Notes: a model not told the origin generated them from the letters alone. Numbered from the stretch's first letter, positions 39,110-49,940 are shown. The stretch: DNA of 64,000 nt from an uncultured Acidobacteriota bacterium (GCA_963770575.1 CAVYQD010000001.1:800569-864568), one strand, 5' to 3'. Numbers and translations: made by a program.

Positions 39110-41581
39110 ATGTTCAGCGATCAGCTCAGGCAGGTTCTGCGGCGGCTGGGGCGTGCTCCGCTTTTCACCGCCATCACTTTGATTACGCTCGCTGCAGGAG
39201 TCGGCGCCAACACCGTGATCTTCAGCGTCGTCGAAGGCGTGCTTCTGAAGCCGCTGCCCTACCCGCATCCTGAACAGCTCATAGGCGTCTGGCATACCGC
39301 CCCAGGCATCGGCATCAAAGATCTCAACATGGCTCCTTTCATTTATTTCACCGATCGAGAGCAGAACACAACCTTCCAGGATATTGGCGCTTACACAAAC
39401 GATTCGTTCAGCGTCACAGGTGTTGGCGAACCTGAACAGGTCCGCGGTCTCGACGTCACCGATGGCACGCTGCCGCTCCTCGGAGTAAAACCTGCGCTCG
39501 GACGTCTCTTCACTCGTGAAGACGATTCGCCGGGCACGCCTGAAACTGTGCTGCTCTCATACGGCTATTGGCGGCAGAAATTCGGCGGCGCAACTTCCGT
39601 GATTGGCCGCTCGATCACCGTCGATGGAAAGCCGCGCGAAATCATTGGCGTGCTACCGCAGCAATTTCAGTTTCTCGACGAGCGGGACGTCTCACTGATC
39701 GTTCCGTTCAAATGGGACCGCAACAAACTCAAGCTCGGCAATTTCAGCTATCGTGGCCTGGCGCGGCTTAAACCCGGGGTCACGATGGCGCAGGCCAGCG
39801 CGGACGTCGCGCGGCTGCTGCCGGTCGCCGTTCGAAGTTTTCCTGCACCGGAAGGGTTCAGTGCCGCTCTCTTTGACAAAGCTCAATTGTCACCAAACTT
39901 GCGTCCGCTCAAACAGGACGTGATTGGCGACATCGGCAACGTGCTGTGGGTGCTGATGGGATCGATCGCGCTTGTGCTCCTGATCGCCTGTGCGAATGTG
40001 GCGAACTTGCTGCTCGTCCGCGTGGACGGCCGCCGCCAGGAGTTGGCAATTCGCGCCGCTCTCGGCGCTGGCTGGAAGAGAATCGCTGGAGAACTGCTGT
40101 TCGAAAGCCTCGTTCTGGGTGTGCTCGGCAGCCTGCTCGGATTAGCAGTTGCTCTCGTCGCGCTGCGCGTGCTCGTCGCCATGGCGCCAACAGGACTGCC
40201 GCGCCTCCACGAAATTAGTATTGACGTTCCCGTGCTGCTCTTCACTCTCGGAATCGCCATCGTATCGAGTTTGCTTATCGGTTTATTTCCCGTATTCAAA
40301 TACGCCGGCTCGCAATTGAACACTGGACTGCGCGAAGGCGGACGCGCGCTGAGCCAGAGCCGCCAGCAACATCGCGCGCGTAATGTGCTAGTGGTCGTCC
40401 AAGTAGCGCTCGCCCTGGTTCTGCTGATTTGCTCGGGCCTGATGATTCGCACGTTTCGCGCCTTGATGCACGTTCCGCCGGGGTTCACCGGGCCAGACTC
40501 TGTCCAGACATTTCGATTCTATTTGCCGGAGACCGAAGTGCCGGATTCGGACGGAGAGCGCGTCGTCCGCACGGAACAGCAAGTAACCGACAAGCTCGCC
40601 GCGATTCCCGGAGTCTCTCAGGTAAGCTTTGCAACCACGGTCCCGATGGACGGATACGATTCGAATGATCCCGTCTTCGCGCAAGATCGCGCTTATGCCG
40701 AAGGCGAGATGCCTCCCTTGCGGCGTTTCAAGAACATCGCGCCCGGTTTCTTCTCGACGATTGGAACTTCCCTCATCGCAGGCCGCGATCTCACTTGGAC
40801 GGAGACGTACCAGAAGCTTCCCGTCGCAATCATTTCCGATAATTTCGCTCGCGAGTACTGGCACGATGCGTCGAATGCGATCGGCAAACGAATCCGCGTC
40901 GGCACAAATGACGATTGGCGCGAAATCATCGGTGTTGTCGCCAACACCTACGACGATGGAGTGAACATGCCGGCGCCCACTTCCGTGTACTGGCCCGTAA
41001 TGATGGATCGCTTCGAAGGCCAAAAACAAACAGTCCGGCGAAATATTGTGTTCGCAATTCGCAGCCCAAGAGCCGGCTCGGAAGAGTTTCTCAAAGAAGT
41101 CCGGAAGGCGGTATGGTCGGTGAATTCATCCATTCCTGTGGCCGACGTCCATACGCTCGGATATTTCTACACGCAATCGATGGCGCGCACTTCGTTTACA
41201 CTCGTGATGCTCGGAGTTGCGGGATCGATGGCCCTTCTGCTAGGCATCGTGGGGATTTACGGCGTGATCGCATATTCGGTGTCGCAGCGCACCCGGGAGA
41301 TCGGCATTCGCATGGCCCTCGGTGCGCAGCAGCAAACGCTCACCTCAATGTTCGTCCGCCATGGATTGTTGCTCACGGGAATTGGCGTCGCCTGTGGCCT
41401 CGTCGCATCGTTCACCGTAATGCGGCTGATGTCCTCGCTGCTATTCCATGTGAGTCCAGTCGATCCGATTACATACATTGCGGTAACCGCCGGCGTGATC
41501 GCAACGGCGTACCTCGCCTGCTATCTGCCATCGCGCCGCGCCGCCCACGTCGATCCAATCGACGCTCTGCGCGCCGAATAA
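39110..41581 (+). CDS. ADOP-family duplicated FtsX/MacB-like ABC permease
   Basis: 823 aa; LRRLGRAPLFTAITLITLAAGVGANTVIFSVVEGVLLKPLPYP N-terminus; two MacB-periplasmic/FtsX halves; ends DPIDALRAE. Matches the acidobacterial duplicated orphan permease pattern. Confidence 0.88.
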   Translation: MFSDQLRQVLRRLGRAPLFTAITLITLAAGVGANTVIFSVVEGVLLKPLPYPHPEQLIGVWHTAPGIGIKDLNMAPFIYFTDREQNTTFQDIGAYTNDSFSVTGVGEPEQVRGLDVTDGTLPLLGVKPALGRLFTREDDSPGTPETVLLSYGYWRQKFGGATSVIGRSITVDGKPREIIGVLPQQFQFLDERDVSLIVPFKWDRNKLKLGNFSYRGLARLKPGVTMAQASADVARLLPVAVRSFPAPEGFSAALFDKAQLSPNLRPLKQDVIGDIGNVLWVLMGSIALVLLIACANVANLLLVRVDGRRQELAIRAALGAGWKRIAGELLFESLVLGVLGSLLGLAVALVALRVLVAMAPTGLPRLHEISIDVPVLLFTLGIAIVSSLLIGLFPVFKYAGSQLNTGLREGGRALSQSRQQHRARNVLVVVQVALALVLLICSGLMIRTFRALMHVPPGFTGPDSVQTFRFYLPETEVPDSDGERVVRTEQQVTDKLAAIPGVSQVSFATTVPMDGYDSNDPVFAQDRAYAEGEMPPLRRFKNIAPGFFSTIGTSLIAGRDLTWTETYQKLPVAIISDNFAREYWHDASNAIGKRIRVGTNDDWREIIGVVANTYDDGVNMPAPTSVYWPVMMDRFEGQKQTVRRNIVFAIRSPRAGSEEFLKEVRKAVWSVNSSIPVADVHTLGYFYTQSMARTSFTLVMLGVAGSMALLLGIVGIYGVIAYSVSQRTREIGIRMALGAQQQTLTSMFVRHGLLLTGIGVACGLVASFTVMRLMSSLLFHVSPVDPITYIAVTAGVIATAYLACYLPSRRAAHVDPIDALRAE

Positions 41582-42055
41582 ACTCGATCGGCGGCGTCTT
41601 TCGCTGCGCAATGAGAGGCGGACGATTGCGCGGCCCTCTGCAGGTTTTGCATCCGCGAGCAAAATCGACCAAGAGCTCCGCCCTTCCGGACGCTTCAGTT
41701 GCAGACCCGTAACGCCAGCTTGCCCTGAGCGCAGTGAATGGACGTCTCGCTGGCTCTTTTCAATTTCGAGCCGGCCCGCCACACCAACAATCAACGGAGA
41801 ATCCGCGCACGAGCGAGATGCTCGCAAACGTAAAATCTGCCTAGGCCTAGTACCTCAAGATTACCTCGCAGTTACCCTCCCAATTCGACGTTAAGCCTTG
41901 TGTACTCAATAGATTGAACCAAATCCACGTTCCTGGCCCTCCAAATGCCACCTATCAATCCGTCGACGGTGTTTAGCTCCAATTCGCATCAGGTAAACAC
42001 TTCAGACAAATTTTGCAGTTTTTAGAAGATTCGGAGATGTTGGAGGAATCACAAC

Positions 42056-42523
42056 ATGAGCCACCATCAAAGAATTCTTGAATCGCAGCCGAAAGTTATA
42101 CAGTTCCCGCAGAATCAAGAACCCGACGATCGAAGCGAACGCGACGAAGAGCACAGTGAGTTCGAGAATGACGTAAAAGATCGCTTGCAGCATGTAACTG
42201 ATCTCGTCGCGGGATTTGCCACATCTCCCTCAAACCTCGTTCTCGTCGAAAAAAGACCAGTGCGTGAAGCGCTCGAAGAACTAATGGTCAAAGAAGCTGC
42301 CCTGCAGTGGATCGTGCGAGTCGCTTCCCACTCGGAAGGCCCGGTAAGAGAAAAACTCTGGGCTGACATTGATAAGGCTGTCGCGGATCTCGAAAAAATT
42401 GCAAATGTCTATCAAGACCTACGCGAAGATGGTAATCAATTATTCCGACTCGACCGAGCTCATCTTCCAGAACGAAAAAGGCGGTCGCGTCGCTTCATGA
42501 TCATCTCTTCTCATCGAGACTGA
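42056..42523 (+). CDS. hypothetical protein (acidic N-terminus, helical, no family recognised)
   Basis: 155-aa ORF preceded by GGAGG-containing sequence, in a visibly AT-richer spacer. Confidence 0.35.
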   Translation: MSHHQRILESQPKVIQFPQNQEPDDRSERDEEHSEFENDVKDRLQHVTDLVAGFATSPSNLVLVEKRPVREALEELMVKEAALQWIVRVASHSEGPVREKLWADIDKAVADLEKIANVYQDLREDGNQLFRLDRAHLPERKRRSRRFMIISSHRD

Positions 42524-42664
42524 TTCAATCAACCACACGCCGCGGACGCGACGAAAAGCCCTGCCTCGGCCCTCGAAAGAAATCCCACAGCCCAGCCAAG
42601 AGATTCCGATACAATCGCGCCCGGCGCGGCCTGCAATCAGACAAGCCGCGTCGAGGAGCGCCTT

Positions 42665-43952
42665 TTGAGTTTCTCCCAGCGGCTCACAGAAATTCGCGAA
42701 GGCTTCGAACCCGCGTTCTGGGTCGCCAACTTCACCGAAATCTTCGAGCGCGTCGCGTACTACGGAACCACAGCAGTACTCGCAATCTACCTCAACGAAC
42801 AACTCCATTTTTCGAGCGAACTGACCGGCTGGCTGTTTGGCACGTTCGGTCTGGTCGTTTGGTTTCTTCCGATTCTTGGCGGCACTCTCGCCGATCGTTT
42901 CGGATTCCGGCGTGCGTTGATGTTCGCCTACCTGATCATGGCGCTCGGATACTTCCTGCTTGGTTCGCTCGCGGCGCCGTGGATGCAGCCGCTGCGCCAA
43001 GCGCTCACCGACAAATGGCTTGTGCTCGCAATCCTGATGATTCCGGCACTCGGCCCCGGCGTCGTGAAACCCTGCGTCGCCGGAACTACCGCCCGCGCGT
43101 CGAATGAAAATGTCCGTTCGATCGGCTATTCGATTTACTACACGCTCGTAAATATCGGCGGAACCATCGGACCGGCGATGGCCTTTCTCGTCCGCAAGCA
43201 GCTAGGCTGGGGAATTGAAAGCGTGTTCCGAGTGGCGTCTCTCAGCGTTTTTCTGATGTTCTGGGTTACGCTCTTTTTTTATCGCGAACCGCAGCGTTCC
43301 GGCGAGGAACAAGTCGCGAGCGTGGCGACTGCAATCAAAAATATGCTCGTCGTTCTCCGCAACGTGCGATTCGTGGTGTTCCTGTTGATCTTCTCGGGAT
43401 TCTTCGTGATTTTCTGGCAGCAATACATTTCGATGCCGCTCTTCATTCGCAAGTTCGTGAATCCGAATGCGGATGTCGACTTGCTTCTGATCGTCGATGC
43501 AGCCACTGTCATCTGTTTTCAAATCGCCGTCACCTTCCTCACGCGCAAATTGCCCGCGTTTACTGCAATGGCGCTCGGATTTCTAATCACCAGCCTCGCC
43601 TGGATCATTCCCGCGCTCCGTCCCACCGTGCCGATGTTTGTCGTCGCACTTGTCTTCGTCGCGCTCGGCGAAATCACCCAGGTCTCGCGCTACTACGAAT
43701 ACATCTCGCGGCTCGCACCGGCTGGTCAACAGGGTCTTTATATGGGCTACGCGTTTCTGCCCATCGGGATCGGATATTTTATCGCGGGCCCGCTCGGCGG
43801 CTATCTGGTGGAACACGCCGGTTCGATGAGCCGTCCTCAACAAATGTGGTGGGTAATTGCGGGAGTAGGAATTCTTTCGACGATCTCTGATGATTCTCTA
43901 CGATCGGATCGTGAAACCGGGTACGGCGGCCACGCCATCGTCAGGAACTTAG
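42665..43952 (+). pseudogene. POT/PTR2-family (MFS) peptide transporter, apparent C-terminal frameshift
   Basis: ORF 42665..44098 starts with the POT signature (FWVANFTEIFERVAYYGTTAVLAIYL, GGTLADRFGFRR). After ..GVGILSTI the sensible C-terminus SLMILYDRIVKPGTAATPSSGT* lies in the +1 frame, with stop 43950-43952. The track ORF instead reads through the antisense TPR gene. The shift is within 43878-43890. Confidence 0.8.
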
Positions 43953-43966
43953 CGCGAGCACGCGTT

Positions 43967-44449
43967 TCAGTTCAACATGCGGCGAATATTTTCAATGCCC
44001 TGTCGCGCCAGCGTGTAATCCGGCTCGATGCTCAGCGCTTTCTGAAAATATTCGCGCGCGCGATTGATCATGCCCTTCGAATAATAGGCGCGGCCTAAAT
44101 TGAAGTAGGGATAGTGCCGAGGCTCGTAGCGCGGCGCTTCGAGCGCGCGTTCGAGCCACGGGATCGCTTCGTCGTAGCGCTTCAGCTCGATCAAGTACGA
44201 TCCAATGTCGTTGTAAGGATTGCCGAAATCGGGATCCACTTCGATTGCGCGTTTGCACTCTGCGATCGCTTCGTCGATTTTTCCCTGGAAGTGATATGTC
44301 CAACCAAGAAATGTGTGCGCTTCAGCGGTGGGATGCTTCTCAAGCGAATCCTTGTACAGCGTGATGGCCCGATCGTATTCGCCTTCCATCTGCGCGCGGT
44401 ACGCCTGCCGCAGCAACTCCCACGCTTGCGTAATATTTTCAGATGGCAT
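43967..44449 (-). CDS. tetratricopeptide repeat protein
   Basis: 160 aa with 3-4 TPR units (YDRAITLYKDSLEKHP, AHTFLGWTYHFQGKIDEAI, YFNLGRAYYSKGMINRAREYFQKAL). Confidence 0.8.
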   Translation of the reverse strand: MPSENITQAWELLRQAYRAQMEGEYDRAITLYKDSLEKHPTAEAHTFLGWTYHFQGKIDEAIAECKRAIEVDPDFGNPYNDIGSYLIELKRYDEAIPWLERALEAPRYEPRHYPYFNLGRAYYSKGMINRAREYFQKALSIEPDYTLARQGIENIRRMLN

Positions 44450-44524
44450 TGTCTATCCAGAACGGTGCGAAAGGCGCAAATTCAATTTCATTTCCAGCGG
44501 ATCGATCGCGAAGGCGCTCACCGG

Positions 44525-45142
44525 TCAGCCGGCAGCGGCTAGCCGGACGGCCTCTTCGGTGGTCAACAATTGCGCGCCCAGTGCTTTCAGTTCGCCAAGC
44601 GCCCGCCCGCTCTCTTCCGCTTTCAAAGTCTCGATCGCGTCTGTCACGACAAAAACTTTGCGGCCGCGATCCAGCAAACCCTTCGCCGCGAAATGCACGC
44701 AATATTCCGTCACCACTCCAAACACAACAAATTCCGCCCCGTCGCCAAGGCGTTTGACGATCTCGTTCGTGTGCGGATTGCTGAAAACGTCGAGCTCCTG
44801 CTTTTGGATCAGCACCTGCTCGTGGTCAAACACGTCTGCGGGCAACTTCGATGCGGCGTCATTCCGAATCACGACGAAATCCGGCGCGAGCCCTTCAGGA
44901 ACGATGCGAGCGCCGTCTGTCCCGCGAATACAGTGCGGCGGAAACGTCGCAAATTCCGGATCGTCAGCCGCGTGCGCGCATCCACTGGAAACCAGCAGGA
45001 TGTGCCCTTCACGCGCCGCATCCACGAGCCGCTTGATGTTCGGTATGATTTTTTCAGCTCCGGGAACGTAGAGCTTTCCGCCCGGGAGCATGAAATCCTT
45101 CTGTGCGTCTACTTCCCAAAAAACAATCCTGCGCGGAGCCAT
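44525..45142 (-). CDS. pncA: isochorismatase-family hydrolase, probable nicotinamidase
   Basis: 205 aa; WEVDAQKDF, HCIRGTDGA, GVVTEYCV catalytic-Cys region; 3 nt downstream of pncB. Confidence 0.7.
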   Translation of the reverse strand: MAPRRIVFWEVDAQKDFMLPGGKLYVPGAEKIIPNIKRLVDAAREGHILLVSSGCAHAADDPEFATFPPHCIRGTDGARIVPEGLAPDFVVIRNDAASKLPADVFDHEQVLIQKQELDVFSNPHTNEIVKRLGDGAEFVVFGVVTEYCVHFAAKGLLDRGRKVFVVTDAIETLKAEESGRALGELKALGAQLLTTEEAVRLAAAG

Positions 45143-45145
45143 TGC

Positions 45146-46522
45146 TCACCGCCTCTTCCGGCGGCGGACCGGCTTCGAAGCCGATCGCCGGACGCGCTGC
45201 CGCACTTTTTCAAGCAACTTCTCGAGTTCCTTGCTGTATTTCACGGGATACTGGGCGCTGCGGTCGATTCGCCGGTAACGCTCAGGAAGCCGCGCGAGCT
45301 CGGCCACGCACCGATCGTGCAATGCAGTGATAGGTTCCGGCGGAGCGATGCGTTTTCCACTCCGCATCACCTGCACCAGTAGTGGCTGGCCACCGTTCGC
45401 AGGTTCGCCTTCGAGCGCGATCCGGTCGTGCTCGTACTGGCCCGCGCGATTCGAATAGCGAAACACCTGCTTGCGTCCGGGATATGTCACTTTCGCTTGC
45501 GTGAGTTTTGCGGCGCCCTGAATTTTTCCGGCGCGGTCCACTTCCACGAGTTTGTAAACCAAATTCAGAAGCGGCGCATCGCTCGGCGTTGCAAGCGCGG
45601 AACCCACGCCGAACGAATCAATCTCAGCGCCCTTCGCAAGAAGCTCCGCAATTTTGTCTTCGTCCAGATCGCCCGAAGCAAATATTCGAACGTCCTGCCA
45701 TCCTGCCTTATCGAGCTCCCGGCGAACCCATCGGCTGTCTTTCGCCACGTCACCGCTATCGAGTCGAACGCCGGCGGGCTTGCGTCCCATTCCAATTATT
45801 TTTTTCACGGCATCGTGAACGTTGTACGTATCGAGCAACAAAAACGCCCGCTCCGGAAACGCATCGAGAAAATGTGAGAACGCGTCCGCCTCATCGTCGT
45901 GCGCCATCACCCACGAGTGTGCCTGTGTGCCATACGTATAAATTCCATATTGCTGCCCGGCGAGAACATTCGAAGTGCCAACGCTGCCGCCAATCGACGC
46001 GGCCCGCGCAGCAAAGAGCCCTGCTTGCGCGCTGTGCGCTCGACGCGCGCCAAATTCCACCACGCGCCTGCCCTGTGCAGCGCTCACAACGCGCGCCGTC
46101 TTGCTCGCAATCATGGTTTGGTATCCGAGCGTCGCGAGGAGATATGTCTCCATGATTTGCGCTTCTGCAATCGGCGCGGACAATCGAAGCATCGGTTCGC
46201 CCGGAAAAACGAGAGTGCCTTCCGGTACGGCCCAGACGTCCCCTGTGAAATGAAATGTGCTGAGGTATTCGAAGAATTCGCGCCCGATATAACTAAAAAC
46301 GTGGTGGGCTCGCAGGTACGCTATTTCTTCCGCGTTGAAATTCACATGCTCGAGAAATTCAACGGCCTGCTCGAGTCCAGCGGCGACAAGATAGTTCCGG
46401 TGCGGTGGAAGATTCCGCACGAACAATTCGAACGTGGCGCGCGCTTCAAAGCCGGTCTGCAAATAACCGGCGGCCATCGTGAGTTCGTACAGATCGGTTA
46501 ACAGCCCTGAATGTTCGCGCAT
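45146..46522 (-). CDS. pncB: nicotinate phosphoribosyltransferase
   Basis: 458 aa; LLTDLYELTMAAGY N-terminus; SNVLAGQQYGIYTYGTQAHSWVM; RLDSGD. Confidence 0.88.
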   Translation of the reverse strand: MREHSGLLTDLYELTMAAGYLQTGFEARATFELFVRNLPPHRNYLVAAGLEQAVEFLEHVNFNAEEIAYLRAHHVFSYIGREFFEYLSTFHFTGDVWAVPEGTLVFPGEPMLRLSAPIAEAQIMETYLLATLGYQTMIASKTARVVSAAQGRRVVEFGARRAHSAQAGLFAARAASIGGSVGTSNVLAGQQYGIYTYGTQAHSWVMAHDDEADAFSHFLDAFPERAFLLLDTYNVHDAVKKIIGMGRKPAGVRLDSGDVAKDSRWVRRELDKAGWQDVRIFASGDLDEDKIAELLAKGAEIDSFGVGSALATPSDAPLLNLVYKLVEVDRAGKIQGAAKLTQAKVTYPGRKQVFRYSNRAGQYEHDRIALEGEPANGGQPLLVQVMRSGKRIAPPEPITALHDRCVAELARLPERYRRIDRSAQYPVKYSKELEKLLEKVRQRVRRSASKPVRRRKRR

Positions 46523-46556
46523 CGCTGTGTGGTTTACCTGTTTGAGTTAGCCGCGC

Positions 46557-47384
46557 CTACCCGCGATCGCGCCGCAAAGTGAGTCCGCCATCCACCACGA
46601 GCGTTTGACCCGTGATGTAGTTGTCCGGTTCCAGAAAGAATCGTACCGCACGAGCTACATCTTCGGGATGGCCAAATCGCGGAATCGCTCCGCTCGCCAC
46701 ATGGCGATCGTACTTTCCCGATTGAACGCTCGCGGCTGCCATTCCGGAAAGTGTTGCGCCCGGCGCCACCACGTTCACGCGCACTCGATTCCATTGTTGC
46801 GCCAGTATCAACGCGGCATGTGCAAGCGCTGCCTTCGGCGCAGCATAATTCAGGCTCGAAGGAAACACCGCGTGCGCTTGCATCGTGGTGAGCAGCACGA
46901 TGCTGCCGCCCGAAGTCGATCCCTCCAACCTTTCGCCCAGATCTTTTGCCAGCAACACTGGCCCAACGTAGTTCACGTCGAGCGAAGCAGTGATCGCTTC
47001 GCCGTCCAGCTTCTCAAACGCTACGCGCGCCGGATCACCTGCAAAAATTGCTGCCCCCGCGAAAGGAACGCCCGATTTGTCCGTCGCTTCGATGTACTTG
47101 CGGCGAACTTCCGCAGAAGCGATATTGCCTTCGATCAAAATCACTTTCGCGCCGTATTGTTGCGCGAGCGCGACAGAACATTTCTCCGCGCGATCGCGGT
47201 CCTTGCGATAACCAATAATCAGTTGCGCGCCTTCGCGCGCAAGTAACGAGCGGTGGCCGACTCCCAGTCCGCCAGTCCCACCGGCAACGATAACCGCCTT
47301 GCCCGCGAGCGTATTTTCGGGGAAGTCGAAGCGAAACTCAGAATAACCATGAGCGCGAGCGTCATCCCAATACGGCGACGTCAT
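46557..47384 (-). CDS. SDR-family oxidoreductase
   Basis: 275 aa; GKAVIVAGGTGGLG cofactor motif, YAAPKAAL (YxxxK). Confidence 0.8.
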   Translation of the reverse strand: MTSPYWDDARAHGYSEFRFDFPENTLAGKAVIVAGGTGGLGVGHRSLLAREGAQLIIGYRKDRDRAEKCSVALAQQYGAKVILIEGNIASAEVRRKYIEATDKSGVPFAGAAIFAGDPARVAFEKLDGEAITASLDVNYVGPVLLAKDLGERLEGSTSGGSIVLLTTMQAHAVFPSSLNYAAPKAALAHAALILAQQWNRVRVNVVAPGATLSGMAAASVQSGKYDRHVASGAIPRFGHPEDVARAVRFFLEPDNYITGQTLVVDGGLTLRRDRG

Positions 47385-47460
47385 TTCCCCTCGTGTTTCA
47401 TTGGGATTTCTCGCATTTGACTGTCCGCGGATTCTGCGAAAAATGCTCGCTCAGACGCCT

Positions 47461-47516
47461 AGAAAGACAAAACCCCCAAGCCTCCGGTCGTTTTTCGGAC
47501 CGGGCATGCTTGAGGG
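47461..47516 (-). terminator. probable Rho-independent terminator of the HU gene
   Basis: Nested stem CCAAGC..CCGGTC / GACCGG..GCTTG(A)GG (47476-47515). On the minus strand it is followed by GTTTTGTCTTTCT. About 30 nt after the HU stop. Confidence 0.45.
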
Positions 47517-47546
47517 TTCTACCTCGAATCTGTGCGCCGGGCCGAA

Positions 47547-47849
47547 CTACTTCAATACGGCGTCTTTGAATGCTTTCGCTGCGCGCAAGCGCACAACGGT
47601 CTTGGCCTTGATCTTGATGGCCTCGCCTGTAGCCGGATTGCGGCCCATGCGAGCCTTGCGGTGCGCCTTCACTGCGCGACCGATACCGGGAATTACGAAT
47701 TTTCCTGCTGACTTCGCTTCTTTTACCGCCAGGTTAAACAGCTCATCAAAAAACGCGACGACCTGCTTCTTCGACACAGGCTTTTCCTTGCTGCTCAACT
47801 TGTCAGCCATGTGCGCAATGATCTTCGACTTGCTCATCGGGTTTGCCAT
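47547..47849 (-). CDS. HU/IHF-family DNA-binding protein
   Basis: ORF 47547..47945. Start ATG 47849 follows GGAGGAG. MANPMSKSKIIAHMADKL..GKFVIPGIGRAVKAHRKARMGRNPATGEAIKIKAKTVVRLRAAKAFKDAV is a canonical HU fold sequence. Confidence 0.88.
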   Translation of the reverse strand: MANPMSKSKIIAHMADKLSSKEKPVSKKQVVAFFDELFNLAVKEAKSAGKFVIPGIGRAVKAHRKARMGRNPATGEAIKIKAKTVVRLRAAKAFKDAVLK

Positions 47850-48009
47850 CGAATTGCGTTCTCCTCCTCGGATGTAGTTACAACGATTGGTCCCGGTCTC
47901 CGGGATACCGCGTGGGACTATAGCCGCACCACCGCGTGAACGCAAGCGAAAAGCGTTAAAAAGCCCGGAAAACAGGGCGTTTCTTCACTCTGCGATCGGG
48001 CACCGAAAA

Positions 48010-49374
48010 TTACTGCGCGGCGAGTTCCTGATAAAAAAGCGCGACGGCTTTGATTCCGCCAAAATAATTCTCGAGCGCGATGTGTTCGTCGGGCGCGTGC
48101 GCGTTTTCATCCGGAAGTCCGAAACCCATCAGCACGCACGGCACCTTGAACGTATCGTGCATCTGCGTAACAAACGGAATCGAACCGCCTTCGCGAATGA
48201 ATACCGCCTTCTTCCCAAAGCCCGCTTCGAGCGCGTGTATCGCTTTCTGAAAAATCGGATGCGAGTACGGCGCCACCCACGGCTTGCCCATGCTGAGAAC
48301 TTCGAATTTGCACGTGACGGTCTTCGGCAGCAGCTTGCGAATGTGCTTTTCCACGAGTTTCGCAATTTGAACGGTGTCCTGCTTCGGCACAAGCCGCGTG
48401 GAAATTTTCGCGTATGCTTTCGACGCGATCACCGTCTTCGCACCTTCGCCCGTGTAGCCGCCCCAAATCCCGTTCACTTCGAGCGTGGGTCGAGTCCAAA
48501 GCTGTTCGACGATCGTATATCCTTTTTCGCCGCACAGGCCGGGAGCGCCAACCGTCTTTCGAAATTCCTTTTCCTTCCACGGCAGCGAATTGAGAGCCTT
48601 CCGTTCCTGTTTCGATAGCGTGGCCACTTTGTCGTAGAAGCCGGGAACCGTCACATGAAAATTCTTGTCGTGAAGTTTCGAAATCATCTCCGCAAGAATC
48701 GTAATCGGATTCGGCACCGCGCCACCAAAAACTCCTGAGTGCAAATCCTGCGCCGGCCCCGTGATCTCCACCTGGTAATAATTCAGGCCGCGCAGCCCGT
48801 ACGTAATCGAAGGAACACCTTTCGTCAGCATTGATGTGTCGGAAACCACCAGCGCATCCGCCTTTAATCGCTCGCGATTTTTCTGCACGAAATCCCACAG
48901 GCTCACGCTGCCGACTTCTTCTTCTCCCTCGATCATCACTTTCACGTTCAGGGGCAGTTTGCCGGAAGTTTTCAACAGCGCTTCGAGCGCCTTCAGGTGG
49001 ATGTGCACCTGGCCCTTGTCGTCCGCCGTGCCGCGACCAAAAAGATTCCCATCGCGCACCGTGGGTTCGAACGCAGGGCTCGTCCAGAGATCGAGCGGCT
49101 CTGCCGGCTGCACGTCATAATGGCCGTAAAAAAGAATCGTCGGCTTCCCCGGCGCGCGCAGTGATTCGCCGTAAACAAGCGGGTGCATTTTCGTGGGGAC
49201 AATCTCGATGTTCTCAAGCCCCGCCGCTCGTAATTTTCCAGCCACCCATTGCGCGGCGCGCTCCACGTCCGGCTTGTGTTCGCTTTTTGTGCTGACGCTC
49301 GGAATGCGAAGAAATTCTTTCAACTCGTTCAGATTTTCGTCACGCTTCGAATCGATATACTCAGTTAGGTTCAT
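48010..49374 (-). CDS. M20-family metallo-dipeptidase
   Basis: 454 aa; LKEFLRIPSVS, FYGHYDVQPA, GRGTADDKG, EGEEEVGS motifs of peptidase M20. Confidence 0.85.
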   Translation of the reverse strand: MNLTEYIDSKRDENLNELKEFLRIPSVSTKSEHKPDVERAAQWVAGKLRAAGLENIEIVPTKMHPLVYGESLRAPGKPTILFYGHYDVQPAEPLDLWTSPAFEPTVRDGNLFGRGTADDKGQVHIHLKALEALLKTSGKLPLNVKVMIEGEEEVGSVSLWDFVQKNRERLKADALVVSDTSMLTKGVPSITYGLRGLNYYQVEITGPAQDLHSGVFGGAVPNPITILAEMISKLHDKNFHVTVPGFYDKVATLSKQERKALNSLPWKEKEFRKTVGAPGLCGEKGYTIVEQLWTRPTLEVNGIWGGYTGEGAKTVIASKAYAKISTRLVPKQDTVQIAKLVEKHIRKLLPKTVTCKFEVLSMGKPWVAPYSHPIFQKAIHALEAGFGKKAVFIREGGSIPFVTQMHDTFKVPCVLMGFGLPDENAHAPDEHIALENYFGGIKAVALFYQELAAQ

Positions 49375-49571
49375 GCTGGGCCCCCAGGAATGCCGCTTCT
49401 CTCGCGAGTTTGCGCCCCGTGTACCCCAAGACTCCCCGCAAACCCGCTAAGACAAACATGCCATTCTAGGAACCTTACTCAATTTCAGCAAGCTATTTAC
49501 TGACTGTGTTTTTGGACACGCGCCCGTTCCCCGCCGTTGACTCGGCTCGCCGTGCGTTGCACGATAATCAC

Positions 49572-49940
49572 ATGACGCCCGACATCGAACCGCAAGGCAG
49601 CCAGCGCCGCAGCTCCCGCGTTTTCACCCGCATTCCTGTGAGCGCGGCCGGCAAAAACGTCCTCGGAAAAAAATTCCGCGAGAATAGCCAGACGATCGTG
49701 ATCAACGCTCACGGCGGCCTGCTCTATTTGCAGGAAGAGATTCAAATCGGCGCGGACGTGGTGCTCATCAATCCTGCCACCGAAGAAGAGCAGGAATGCC
49801 GCGTCGTATATTTGGGCGACACGTCTGAAAAAGGCACGCGCGTCGGCGTTGAATTTCTTTCGCCAGCCCCGCATTTCTGGGGCGTTGAATTCGCTCCGCA
49901 GGACTGGCCGTCCCGCGCCGCTCCCCGGCCTGTCGCCTAG
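49572..49940 (+). CDS. PilZ-domain-like small protein
   Basis: ORF 49506..49940; inner ATG 49572. RRSSR (RxxxR) followed by INAHGGLL resembles the PilZ c-di-GMP motif pair. Weak call. Confidence 0.4.
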   Translation: MTPDIEPQGSQRRSSRVFTRIPVSAAGKNVLGKKFRENSQTIVINAHGGLLYLQEEIQIGADVVLINPATEEEQECRVVYLGDTSEKGTRVGVEFLSPAPHFWGVEFAPQDWPSRAAPRPVA

